The notes: a model not told the origin generated them from the letters alone. Positions 12,355-25,553 are shown, numbered from the whole stretch's first letter. The stretch is 63,549 nucleotides of DNA, filler included, from Octopus bimaculoides (GCF_001194135.2; 9 parts of 8 records of this genome joined end to end with filler, not necessarily neighbours in it); one strand, 5' to 3'. A program made the numbers and translations.

Positions 12355-12575
12355 AATACTTTCTAATTTTGGCACAAGGCCAGCAGTTTTCGTGGGGGTG
12401 GGGGTAAATCATTTACATCGATCCCCAGCACTTGACTGGTACTTTAATTCATCGATGGAGGGCAAAGCTGACTTTAGTGGGATTTGAACTCAGCAAGTAA
12501 CAAGCTGGAAAAAATACTGCACAGCATTTCGTCCAGGACTCTAATGATTTAGCCAGCTTGCCAACTTAAATCTAA
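12355..12575 (-). mobile_element. tRNA-derived SINE family A
   Basis: Reverse complement of the family A head, core and tail. Confidence 0.7.
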
Positions 12576-13228
12576 TGAAAAATAATATTAAAAATTTGCT
12601 TATATGGTCTTCCTTACGATATAATTATTTCAGTGCTGATACACTTTCACACCGAAAATGACGACTGCGTTATGCATAAACGCTATGACTATTATTAAGT
12701 CATACAAACACTTCTCAAGAATTAAAAAGTAATGACTATAATTATAATCATTTTTCCCTTGCAACCAATAAAGAAAGTAATTTCTTTTTAGTCTTCTTAC
12801 TAGCTGGCTCCATGTTGTTAAAAATGACAGTTAATTGTAGTATTTTATTTATAAATATGGATGGTAAATCAAATTAATCCACTTGTCAATGTTATCAATC
12901 ATCGCTTGTTACTGAAAGAACGCTGGTTCACGCATACAAACATTAACATATCCCTTGTACACGCACACACATACATACTCACACAGAATCGAAACGCTGT
13001 TTGATTTTCTTTTCAGCATTGAATGTTCACCATCCCACTTCCATTGCACACACACACACACACACACACACATTCACATACCTCCCTTTTACATACACAC
13101 ACACAGAGTTGAAAGCTCCCACTGCCAGTTTGCAATCACCCCTTCCTTCTTTATTCATCTATTCACCCCTTCCTTTCTCATTCATATACTGTATTATTAA
13201 AGAGTATTATTATAGTAGATTATTATTA

Positions 13229-14444
13229 AGGCAGTAAGCTAGGAGAATCGTCAGCACACCAGTTCAAATGTCATTGTGCTCAACCTTGCCTTTCATCCTT
13301 TTGGAGTCGATGAAATAAGTATCATTGAGCAATGGGACCAATGTATCAATTAACGCCTTCACCCAAACTTTCAGGCCTTGTGCCTATATTAGAAAGAATT
13401 ATTATTATTATCATTATAGCGAGCTGGCAGAATTGTGAGCATGCTGGGCAAAATGCTTAGCAGTATTCCGCTGAGGTCAACTTTGCCTTTCATTCTTTCG
13501 GAGTTGATAAATTAAGTACCAGCTGCATACTGGGGACCAATCTAATTAACTGACCCCCCTCCCAAAATTTCAGGCCTTGTGCCTCGAGCAGAAAAGATTA
13601 TTATTATTATTATTATGGTGGTGAGCTGGCAGAATCGTTAGCACACCAGGTAAAGTGCTTAGTGGTATTTCGTCCGTCACTGCATTCCGAGTTCAAATAC
13701 CGCCGAGGTTCACTTTGCCTTTCATCCTTTCAGGGTTGATAAATTACGTACCAGTTATGCACTAGGGTCGATGTAATCGACTTGATCCCTTCCCCCAAAT
13801 TTGAGGCCTTGTGCTTCCAGTAGAAAGGATTATTATTATTATTATCATCATCAAGGTGGCAAGCTAGCAGAATCATTGGACAAAATGCTTAAGAGCATTT
13901 CAGCTATCTTTACAATCTGAGTTCAATTCCAGCCAAGGTTGACTTTGCTTTTCATCCTTTCAGAGTCAATAAAATAAATACCAGCTGAGTACTAGGGTCA
14001 ATGTACTCAACTATCCCACTCCCACAAAATTTCAGGCCTGTGCCTGTAGTAGAAAGGCTTGTTGTTGTTGTTATTATTATTATTATTATAGTAGCAAGAT
14101 AGCAGAATTGTTAGTGAGTTGAACAAAATGATTAGTGACATTTCTCTTGGCTGTTTATGTTTTGAGTTCAAATTTCACCAAGGTCAGCTTTGCCAGTCAT
14201 CCTTTCCTCCCCAAAAATTGCTGGCCTTGTGCCTACATTAGAAATAATAATTATGAAGGTAGCAGCTGGCAGAATTGTTAGTATGCCAGACAAAATACTT
14301 GGTAGCATTTTGCTGATTTCTACATTCTGAATTCAAATTTTGTCAAAGTCAGCTTCACTTTCCATCCTATCAGGAGCAATAAATTAAGTACCAGTTGCAT
14401 ACTGCTCCCCCAAAATTTCGGACCTTGTGCCTATAGTAGAAAGG

Positions 14445-14492
<48 letters not shown>
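13229..14492 (+). mobile_element. Head-to-tail train of six family A SINEs, each ending in (ATT)n
   Basis: Starts at about 13229, 13418, 13617, 13853, 14089 and 14256; each ends GGCCTTGTGCC..AGAAA followed by ATT repeats. Confidence 0.88.
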
Positions 14493-14494
<2 letters not shown>

Positions 14495-15249
14495 GATAAT
14501 GGGAAAGATATTTTTCAGTATGTTCTGCCTCTTTTATGTTTTAGATTCAAACACCATCAAGATCAGTTTTGCCTTTCATTGTGTGTGTGTGNNNNNNNNN
14601 NNNNNNNNNNNNNNNNNNNNNNNNNNNNNNNNNNNNNNNNNNNNNNNNNNNNNNNNNNNNNNNNNNNNNNNNNNNNNNNNNNNNNNNNNNNNNNNNNNNN
14701 NNNNNNNNNNNNNNNNNNNNNNNNNNNNNNNNNNNNNNNNNNNNNNNNNNNNNNNNNNNNNNNNNNNNNNNNNNNNNNNNNNNNNNNNNNNNNNNNNNNN
14801 NNNNNNNNNNNNNNNNNNNNNNNNNNNNNNNNNNNNNNNNNNNNNNNNNNNNNNNNNNNNNNNNNNNNNNNNNNNNNNNNNNNNNNNNNNNNNNNNNNNN
14901 NNNNNNNNNNNNNNNNNNNNNNNNNNNNNNNNNNNNNNNNNNNNNNNNNNNNNNNNNNNNNNNNNNNNNNNNNNNNNNNNNNNNNNNNNNNNNNNNNNNN
15001 NNNNNNNNNNNNNNNNNNNNNNNNNNNNNNNNNNNNNNNNNNNNNNATAATAATAATAATAATAATAATATTAGGGATAAAATCCAAAATTACACGTAAA
15101 AACTCAATTAAAAATCAATTTATTAAAAATTAAAATTAAATTAAGTTTCACAGTATAAAATATATATAAATATGTGACTGGATTTTCATCGATGAGTTCA
15201 TAAACCTTGGTTCTTTTCCCTAACACTATATATTTATATATATATATAT

Positions 15250-15470
15250 ATATTTTTACTTGTTTCATTCATTTGACTGCAGCAATGCTGGAGTACCTCC
15301 TTAAAGGGTTTTAGTTGAAGAAATCGCCCCCAGGACTTATTCTTTGTGAGCCGAGTACTTATTTTGTCAGTGGCTTTTGCTGAACCGCTAAGTTACAGGG
15401 GTGTAAACATATCAACATTGGTTGTCAAGCAATGGTGGGTGGGGAACAAACTCAGACACAAAGAGACGTA
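15250..15470 (-). mobile_element. SINE family B 3' part
   Basis: Reverse complement of the family B tail (TTTTACTTGTTTCATTCATTTGACTGC...). Confidence 0.75.
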
Positions 15471-15629
15471 AATATATATATATATATATATAGTTAATTT
15501 GAGGAAGTTAAGTACTCATTAGGGATTATAGAATCCAAGGTGTTCCACTGGTTCAATCCGTATTATATAATGGCAAAGTCATTTGTATATGTTTAGGATT
15601 ATTGAAATTATTAATATTGAGAGAAAAAC

Positions 15630-15774
15630 AATTACTGATTTATTTGCCTGTTGTAGAAAGATGACGTTTTAGGTTCTTCTTACGTTTGTTTTTCTTAACA
15701 TTTTTGAGCTTTCAACTAATGTTTTTTTTTAAAAAAGCGTCATCTTTCTACAACATGCAAATAAATCAGTAATT
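15630..15774. repeat. 37-bp inverted repeat with ~70-bp spacer (MITE-like)
   Basis: AATTACTGATTTATTTGCCTGTTGTAGAAAGATGACG and its reverse complement at 15738-15774, one mismatch. Confidence 0.8.
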
Positions 15775-15816
15775 CCATCGATTTATTCTCCATTTTCTTC
15801 TCCTTGCTTTTCCCTC

Positions 15817-15857
<41 letters not shown>

Positions 15858-16163
15858 GGTTTAGATTTAGATTCAAGATTGAATATGGTACTTATGTTAA
15901 GGCACCCGAATATCGTATGGAATGGTATTATACAAATACCATTCCAATAAACTAGGTGATCAAAAAATCAAAATAAGCAACACGGATTTCAAAGATGATT
16001 GCAGTATGCACTTTTTATGCTACTCCATTTATTTAAGTAATGCGAGCATTACATTAAATGCAATATATATANNNNNNNNNNNNNNNNNNNNNNNNNNNNN
16101 NNNNNNNNNNNNNNNNNNNNNNNNNNNNTATATATTATTATTTTTATTTTTATTTTTATTATA

Positions 16164-16226
<63 letters not shown>

Positions 16227-16227
<1 letters not shown>

Positions 16228-16395
16228 CAAACACTACGGGCTTCTTTCAGTTTCCGTCAACCAAATCCACTCAAGGCTTTGGTCAACCCAAGGCTATTGT
16301 AGAAGGCACTTGACCAAGGTGTCACGCAGTGGGACTGAATCTGGGACCATGTGATTAGGAAGCAAGCTTCTTACCACACAGCCACGCCTGCACCT
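16227..16395 (-). mobile_element. SINE family B 5' part
   Basis: Reverse complement of the tRNA-like head and core. Confidence 0.75.
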
Positions 16396-17375
16396 ACAGA
16401 GAGAGAGAGAGAGAGAGAGAGACATACACATTCAAAATCTATTTTTGCCATGTGCTGTAATCACGGGCTGCATTTTATAACAGTGAAGATAATACAACTG
16501 AGATAACAAAACGCAGTGGCCTCCCTTGTCGTGTGAAAGTGTATGAACGCCATCATTTCTAGTTATCTTTGTGTTATTTTAAATGTTAACTTTGTCTCTC
16601 TGACAATCTACCTGCCTATCTATCTATCTATTTATCTATCCATCACACGACAATTTTTTGTAGTTAGCTACATTTCTATAATTATCTTTCAGTTCGATAC
16701 ATCAACCTTCAGTAACGAAATCAAGGAGTTCATTGATCTGTGACTATTGTGCACGTTACAGACATTCCTAAGTATACTCAACAATACAATTACAAGCATA
16801 CAATTATGTACACACACACACACACACACACAGAGGCTTAGATACATAGAAACATATAACTACACACACAAAAACATACATACACACACGCATTGAAGAA
16901 ATTCTCTTTTACAGTTTTACCTTCCCTAATTTATTTAGTTTAATCAGAATCCCACAACTATCATGGATAAAGGCAGGAACGAAATTTGCTTCGTGGGTAC
17001 AAACCCAGTGTTTTTAGGAGGACGTTCAAAGCATTTTCATTGCCCTCCACCATATTTGAGGGGGAGCAGTTGCCCTCTCTTTACCCCCTGTTCCCAAGCC
17101 TATGTTATCGTGTGACTTATGTAAAGTGACACTATAGAGCAACGTTTTTCAAATTTTGTTTTACCATCAATAAGGATAAAAACAGAGACAGAGATTGTCT
17201 AAAATTTTTTAAATTGCTAAAATTGAAATGTTTACTTGTTAATGAAACATAAACAGTGAGATCAAAAGGTCACAAATTTTGACTTATTTCTCTAAATATT
17301 TAATATTGGTTTCAAATTTTGGCACAAGGCCAGTAGACCTAAATATTTGATATTAAAATCTAAATGTAGACACAG

Positions 17376-17640
17376 GCATGGTTGTATGTTTAGAAGCTCA
17401 GTTTGCAATCTCATGGTTTCAGGTTCAATTCCATTGTGCAGCACCTTGGGCAAATGTCTTCTGTAGTCTCAGGCCAACCAATGCCTTGTAAATGAATTTG
17501 ATTGACGGAAACTGCATAGAAGCTTGTCATATATATGTTAGTGTTTGTCCCCCCACCACCACTTGCCAACAAGTGTTAGTTTGTTTACATCCCGATCGAA
17601 ATTAAGTAGCTTAAAAATAAGCACCAATCAAGTACTGTGG
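17376..17640 (+). mobile_element. SINE family B, degenerate
   Basis: GCACCTTGGGCAAATGTCTTC core and GACGGAAACTG motif. Confidence 0.7.
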
Positions 17641-18164
17641 TCAATGTAATTGACTTACCCCTTTCCCTCAAGAATGCTGGCTTTGAACCTTGGGACAAAC
17701 CAACCTCTCAATCGAGGGAATGTTGTGGTTTATATCACTTATATGCCATGGAAACTGAGTAACTGGCCTTAGTATTTCTAGGACCCAAGAAAAACGAAAA
17801 CATAATACCATGAAACAACCATAGTAAAGGAACAGTGATTAGAGACATCACTTTATGTCAGCATGGCAAATATGAATGACACTAAGTGAAATTAGAGAAT
17901 AATGAGTGTAACTTTTAATGTAGATCGGCACCACTTCACTAACTTGGTCTACATGCTTACATGTGAAATGAAATGTTTGTGTAACCCAATAGATTATGAG
18001 ACTTAGTAAAATGTGAATCAGACTTGTGTGCCTCCTGGGGTCAGATAAACTTTAAATCTAAATCGGTTTTAATTGATACTAAAATGAAAGCAGCACATAA
18101 TATGGTAAAATGTATTTCTAAATATCACACACACACACATGTGTGCATGTATGTATCATCATCA

Positions 18165-18345
18165 TCTTTTAATGTTCTATCCAACCCATGTTTGGTTTGA
18201 CAGAATTCACTGAGTCCAAGGACTGTAACATGCTTCAATATTTCTTTTGGCATGGTTCCTGTCGCTGGAAACCCTTCCTAATACCAACCACTTTACAAAG
18301 TGTGCTGGATGCATTTTTTCATGGCACCAGCACGAGTGAAGCTGT
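18165..18345 (-). mobile_element. SINE of the same family as 1-326
   Basis: Reverse complement of the GGTTGG..TTAGGAAGGG..TCCAGC core, with an (ATC)n tail. Confidence 0.65.
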
Positions 18346-18559
18346 CATGTAACTCACCAGATTATGATCCTATCAACTGAGTGGGACTACAGTAGAGAGC
18401 AAGGTGGCTTTATGCTAAATGATAAAGGAAAGGACTAGAACAAACTTCTCGCTCTAGAGGAGGCACTTGGCTGCTCTCGTTATACAAGAGTAATCAATAT
18501 CTATGTTTTTAAATATGTATATCTATATATAGTAAATAAGAATAAAACAAATGGATATT

Positions 18560-18960
18560 CCAGAGTATCACTACATGGGTTCCAATAACATTTATTCCGA
18601 ACACAAGTAGAATGGCCAAATTAAATAGGTAACTTTATCAGAGTTCATGTTGTTACAAGCTACCATTACTTCAGGAGATTCCTTGCCAACTATTTTGGTG
18701 ACATGCTTGTTTTTATGTCAAGTTGTATACAAAACAATTTAGCATTAAACCGAAGGATTAGACAACATATTTTAGTGGAGTACATATTTATTAACTTTCA
18801 TGTGGAAAGGTTTGACAAGTCAAAACTTTCAAATAACAATCAAACTTTCCCTTGTAAAAGTTTATTGCACACATACATAATATATACACTGACTAGTAAA
18901 ATAAATAAATATGTACATTCCGAGCATCTTCTTCCTTGGTCTTCAATTGAAGATTAAAGC
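18560..18960 (+). mobile_element. Possible Penelope-like (GIY-YIG) remnant
   Basis: Weak resemblance of LNRRIRQHI...FPCKSL to GIY-YIG domains; heavily decayed. Confidence 0.3.
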
Positions 18961-19918
18961 CTCTAATCCTGTCGAGATTTATCTAGAAATGATAATCTCC
19001 CTTACAATAACTGGCCACCAAGGCACATCACAGATTGATTAGTGACAGAGGCAGTAGTAATATCATGGATGTCTTGTTAGAATGCCAAATACTGTGGTAT
19101 TCACCTCAAGATCATCTCATGTAGACACAGGGTGCATAAACGCACAGACATATATCATAGCAGACAAGAATCATCTGTTATGGGTGCTAGAACAGCTAGA
19201 TAATAGGATTTCAGTCAACTGAATTTCCTCAGTGATAGATGTCCAGTGACCACATACCAGCCAAATCTCGCTGCCTGATATATAAAATTTCAGTGTCTTT
19301 TCAGTCACTTATGTTGCAAATAACCATCAGGCTTATTAAAAAGTAATTATTGTATTAATACCAAATGGTAATCTTTATATTTATGATGTGCATGTTTGTG
19401 TCAGTGAGAGAGAGAGACTGTTAGAGACAAATATTTTTCAGTGTATATAGCAACTAAGGTAAAATGGAATATATCCTTGCCTCATTGTCTTAACAAGATG
19501 TCTTTGATGTGGTCAACTGCTACTTTTTCTATCTCAATCATTGGTGTTCACAGTAGATATCACATCTGTTAACATAAGATTCTTGCATCTGTTACCAGAA
19601 AATATTACATCTGCCAACAACAATGTATGACATTTGTTGACATAAGGCATATGACATCTGTCAATAAAAATCCATTACAACTGTCAACATAGTTCAGCAC
19701 CAATTTAGCCCTCATCCCATTCCTTTGTTAGTAATAAATGCAATTATACATCACCTCAATTAGCCTCACTAATTATTGTGTCCAGACGTCATTTTTATAC
19801 TGTTGACCAATTTTATTAAATAGTTTAGGACTACACACACACATATATGAGTGTGTATATATATACATATACTCATATATTACATGCATGTATGTGCATG
19901 CATATGTGTGCGTGTATG

Positions 19919-19960
<42 letters not shown>

Positions 19961-20519
19961 CTCATACATATATATACAAATATATATATGCATATGTTTT
20001 ATGTATATAAATGTACAAACATATATAAATGTATGCACATATATTACACACACACAAATATGCATGTGAGTATGTGGTGATTGTGAGTGTGTGTAGTTGG
20101 GCACCACATGTACATACACCACATGTACATACACCACATGTACATACACCAATAAACATCTGTTATTTCACATTTCATTTTATATCTTTTATAATTTTAA
20201 ACACTTGTTAGATTTATTTACATTTGTTATTTTATAATTGTTGTTTAGAAATAATGATTCTTTACTATTCTAATTAATTGTTAACATTTGTTCAAACATT
20301 GTTTCTACGAAATAAAAACACATTCATTGCTCAGAATTAAAGATAAATCTATTAAGATCTTTTTTTATATATTTATTCATGTGTAAGTCAAACTGTTTCG
20401 TATTTAATTTAAAATCTTGGGGTGTGATTTATACATAGGACAAAGTTTGAATATGAAGAGAAAAACAATTCCTACCAAGATTTAACACTAAATTAGGATT
20501 GCAACTCATACATGAGGAA

Positions 20520-20760
20520 GAAAAAGAAAGGTAAAGTTACCTTGTTGAGTCATATCAACTCATAAGGGCCAGTTTCTCGGGTTTGTGGCATATATATATT
20601 CCATTGAAGGATTACTCATTTTTACCAGGTGAGGGGACTGGACCAACATGAAATGAAGCGTTTTGCTCAAGAACATACTATGTTACTTGGTCCAGGAACT
20701 GAAACCACAATCTTATGATCAAGAGTCCAACACCCTAACCACTGAGCAATGCACCTCCAC
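20520..20760 (-). mobile_element. tRNA-derived SINE
   Basis: Reverse-complement tRNA-like head (GTGGAGGTGCATTGCTCAGTGGTTAGGGTG..GACTC) and GTTCTTGAGCAAAACGCTT core. Confidence 0.7.
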
Positions 20761-21276
20761 TACATGCATGTGACTTATACAAGAATAGAACTTACACACA
20801 AGAGCAACTTACACATCAGAGCAATTTACACATGAGGAAATATAGTATTTTTCTCATCATCATTAATTTATCAGCTAATTGTAAATAAATGTGTTTCTTC
20901 CGTAGTGTACAATCTGTATTTTTCCACCAACTGCCTTAAGAATAATATATAAAGTGGCACATTTGTTGTATAGTTGGATAGTTTTGCACATTGGATTCAA
21001 GGCATTCCAACTAATTGTGAACCAAACTTGAAAGATGCTGTCTTTCAAATTGCCTGAAATTTTTCCTAATTGAAATAACCCTAATACCTAGTCAATCTTG
21101 AAAAAATTTCAGCTCATAACTGTGCATAAATCAGATTTTATGGGCATTCAAATTAACAGGTGAAATAAATTTGAGGATTTTTGTTAAATTTGGCATGGAA
21201 TTTAACCTCTAAAATCTTTCAAACTTTGAAACTTTATACATGCGACCTACTCCAGGAATACATTAGAAATAAATAA

Positions 21277-21662
21277 TGTTGTTGGCACTCCGTCGCTTAC
21301 GACGTCGACGGTTCCTGTTGATCTGATCAACGGAACAGCCTGCTCATGAAATTAACATGCAAGCGGCTGAGCACTCCACAGACACGTGTACCCTTAACAT
21401 AGTTCTTGGGAATATTCAGCGTGACACAGTGTGACAAGGCTGACCCTTTGAATTACAGGCACAACAGAAATAGGAAGTAAGAGTGAGAGAAAGTTGTGGT
21501 GAAAGAGTACAGCAGGGTTCGCCATCATCCCCTGCCGGAGCCTCATGGAGCTTTTAGGTGTTTTCGCTCAATAAACACACACAACGCCCGGTCTGGGAAT
21601 CGAAACCGCAATCCTATGACTGCGAGTCCACTGCCCTAACCACTGGGCCATTGCACCTCCAC
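21277..21662 (-). mobile_element. tRNA-derived SINE family C, full length
   Basis: Reverse complement of 50431-50810; flanked by a GAAATAAAT duplication. Confidence 0.88.
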
Positions 21663-21892
21663 TGAAATAAATGATAATGAGACTAAAAATGTCCCATTTG
21701 TTTTCCAATCAGTCCTAAAAATGAGATAAAAAATATTCGAAAAGCAAGATTTTTAGGTTATTTTGGCACCCTATAAAACAGTTTCAGATAATTATGAAAG
21801 TGTGAAGGCACATGGCCTAATGGTTAGGATATTTCACTCACGGTTGCTAGATCATAGGTTCGATTTCCAGACTGGATGGTGTGTTGTTCCAG

Positions 21893-22878
21893 TAACATGG
21901 ATGCAAAACCAAAAATTTAGGTAGCAGGGAGGTTAAGTAAATTATATCAAGCCCAGAACTTAAATGGACCGGAGAAAATTTTATCAACCAGGAAGGCAAA
22001 ACTGACCTTGGCAATTTAAAGGATTCAGAATTTAAAGGACTGTAATTTAAGACCAGAAGGCATTTGGTCCAATGAGCTAATGATCCAGCCATACATTTAA
22101 ACTTCTATAACTGCACTCTGTAAATACCATAATTTAATGGGTAACCTTGTGATAGAATAGTCTTCTGGTCAGAGAGTATGTTGACCTGCTCGCCTAACCA
22201 GCTGGGTGTCATTATTTGAAAGCTAAAACAATGCAAAGTGCATTGTGACTAGTGATGTATAGCAACATCTGATAGTCTGGTCAATACTGTGACATTATAA
22301 AACTAGACACCAATGTCTATTTTACTACTGAAATTCAGACACTGAGAATAATTAAGTCTGGAATTATTAATCATTGAATAGTGGCCTACGGTTGTGAATT
22401 CTCTGGTTCAAATCACAGCCAGGATCTCATTACAAATTCTTACCAACCTTATTTGTCCCTGACTTTCATCCTATTACACTACTAGTCAAACTTATAAGGA
22501 ACAGAGTATCATATTTCACAATCCAATACATTGGAAGACATTCTTCTGAATCTCTGCCTTGCAGTTCCAGCCATTAAATTCAAGAAGAAATAGTTCCATT
22601 TTCCATTATTTTCATACACATTGTGCTACAATAACAATTCCTAACATGGATGCAAAACCAAAAATTTAGGTAGCAGGGAAGTTAAGTAAATTATATCAAG
22701 CCCAGTACTTAAATGGACCTGAGAAACTTTTATCAACCAGGAAGGCAGAGCTGACCTTGGCAATTTAAAGGATTCAGAATTTAAAGGACTGTAATTTAAG
22801 ACCAGGAGGTATTTGGTCCAATGAGCTAATGATCCAGCCATACATTTAAACCTCCATAACTGCACTCTGTAAATACCA
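21893..22878. repeat. 237-bp direct duplication (21893-22129 and 22642-22878)
   Basis: About a dozen substitutions by eye; includes a decayed SINE plus flanking sequence. Confidence 0.88.
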
Positions 22879-23015
22879 ACCTATTTGTCTGTTTATCTGC
22901 CTGTCAGTCAATTTACCAATCAACTATCAGTCTCTCTCACTCATATATATATTTTTTTATGATGAATATATATATACTGATAGAGAACTAAGTCCAGAAT
23001 CAGCCAAGAGAGCAG

Positions 23016-23068
23016 TCCTCACTGATGAGGCTACGGGAAAAGTCGAAACTGATCGATCAGTATAAGGA
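23016..23068 (+). ncRNA. Type I hammerhead ribozyme motif with palindromic helix III
   Basis: CTGATGA (23022-28); helix II GGCT/AGTC with an 8-nt loop; GAAA (23045-48); helix III CTGATCGATCAG; GUA cleavage triplet (23060-62); helix I TCCTCA/TAAGGA with one mismatch. Confidence 0.8.
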
Positions 23069-23410
23069 ATTCTCAGCCAGTGTTTTCGGGTGATTACAGT
23101 CCATGTCAGTATTTGCAATGTCCCCATTTTGTCCACGTTTTTTTGCAACGTCCTGTACCCAGATATGCATCTATATATATATGTAGATGTAGGTATGTAC
23201 ATACATGTACGTATATATGCATATACTCACATATTATTTGTATTATATATATATATATATATATACAATTATGTGGTTTAACCACAGAATTAGAGCATTT
23301 TCGCTCTTATTTTTAGCGATGTAGGTTTTCTAACACCTTAGTCACATTTAGTGACAATTATAGTTTTCCTTTTTGGTAACACATTGTGCATGGCTGTCTA
23401 TATTAATTTT

Positions 23411-23470
<60 letters not shown>

Positions 23471-23482
23471 NNNNNNNNNNAC

Positions 23483-23534
<52 letters not shown>

Positions 23535-23654
23535 GTTAAAAGGATGAACTGCTAATGTTCATCCTTTTAACTTTATTGAATTTACCACATGCTATAAGTA
23601 GTTTATGTCACTTCTACAATTGGAGTTGTGAAATTCCTGTTTTCCTTTCCCAAT

Positions 23655-23829
23655 TAGTGGTTCTCAACATCTTTAATATCTGGGCAAGATCTAAAACATG
23701 GGTATCTTTAGGGGGATGCACCAAAAAAAGGTAAAACAAGTCAATTAAAACAAAATTTACTATATTTATAAGGGAAGACCATTATGGACCACTGGAGAGA
23801 TGCTTGTGGGCTATGGTTGAGAACCACTG
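23655..23829. mobile_element. hAT-Charlie-like MITE
   Basis: TIRs (T)AGTGGTTCTCAAC / GTTGAGAACCACTG; no recognisable target-site duplication. Confidence 0.65.
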
Positions 23830-24000
23830 CCCTACATTGTTTCAATTTTGTAATAGAAGACTGAAATATTTTTAATCAATCAATCTACTTATTTACTGAT
23901 CTATAGATTTTCCTCAGAATATCCTATAAGCCAATCATATGCTGGCAGCTATAGTCACTGTGATCCCAACCACTTCCTCCATTTGTTTCTCCCTCTACCA

Positions 24001-24037
<37 letters not shown>

Positions 24038-24348
24038 TTACCCCTGCTTGGTCACATGCTTCCGGTCACTAATCCTTTTCTTCCTTGGCTATCGCCGAGC
24101 AAACACACGAACTTACTTTGTCCCCACTCTCAGTTCATGCCTCACAGCGTTCATATACACATAATTTTTCACGTCTGGCCGCACAGCCTTTTCCGTTTGT
24201 TTTCCTATCTTGTTTTCTTTTCCGTTTGTTTTCCTGTCTTGTTTTTTNNNNNNNNNNNNNNNNNNNNNNNNNNNNNNNNNNNNNNNNNNNNTTAATTAAT
24301 TAANNNNNNNNNNNNNNNNNNNNNNNNNNNNNNNNNNNNNNNNNNNNG

Positions 24349-24754
24349 GGGGGAGGTGTGTGTGTGTGGATGGGTGGGTGGACGTACGCGCGCGTGTGTA
24401 TAAATGATTATGTGCGAGTGCGTGACTTGAGTGAACGTGTGTATGTGTGTGTGTGCGTGCGTGACTTGACTGAATATATGTGTGCGTGTGTGCGTGCGTA
24501 TGTGTATGTGTGTCTTTGTGAATGAAAGTCCGTGAGTGCATGTATGTGTGTGTGTGTGTGTGTGAGTGTGTGTGTGTATGACTGCATGTGAGTGTGACTG
24601 TGTGTGAATGTATGAGTCTTATTAAAAATACAAAAGTGAGAGAGAGGAGAGAGAGAGGGTGAGAAAAAACTGATAGATAGACAGAGAGAGACAGGAAGAG
24701 AGAGGGCGATAGTATATGTATGGGTTTGCGTATGCATAGACGAGAGATGAGAGA

Positions 24755-24802
<48 letters not shown>

Positions 24803-25499
24803 TATGGAGCGAGAGATAAATAAATAGATAGATAGGTAGATAGATAGATAGAGAGAGAGAGAGATATGGAGCGAGAGATAAATAAATAGATAGATAGGTA
24901 GATAGATAGATAGATAGAGAGAGAAATATGGAACGAGAGATAAATAAATAGATAGATAGGTAGATAGATAGATAGATAGATAGAGAGAAAATTAGAAGAA
25001 GGGAGAGAGAGCGAGAGAAAGAGAGAGAGGATATTCCCAAGAGAATACGTACGTATGAGAAAAATTTACAAGTGAAATAAGAGAAAGTAAATGTGAGGTG
25101 ACAGACAAGGTCAGAGATTTAGGTAAGGTCAATTCTATTGTGTGAAGGTCAAGATGGACGTTAGACAAGACAAGCGAAGAGATCTAATATAATTGGTGCA
25201 GAGATTTGAGACTTGGTAGCCATCTTGTATGGTAGATAAATTGTAGGTGGATGGAAAGAAACAGATAGATAACTAGATAGATAGATAGATTGCTAGATAG
25301 ATAGATAAATAGATAGATAGATAGATAGATAGATAGACAGGTAGAAAGATAAATAGATAGATGGATAAAGAGCAAGAGACAGAAGGGGGAAGGAAGGAGG
25401 GAGAGGGAGTGAGTGGTAGATAGAGATAGCTAAATAAGTAATTAAATTGACGGATTGATTGATAGATCGTTCGATAGATACACAGACAGACAGACAGAC

Positions 25500-25553
<54 letters not shown>

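Noticed and set aside
18620-18680. Minus-strand CTGAAG..ATG..CAT-GAAC hammerhead-like trace
   Set aside because: Both core motifs are mutated; too degenerate to call.
24292-24303. TTAATTAATTAA islands inside N runs (also 26764, 37916, 40953, 44559, 52920, 56029, 59460)
   Set aside because: Identical 12-mer centred in N runs that gives stops in all six frames; an assembly spacer, not biology.
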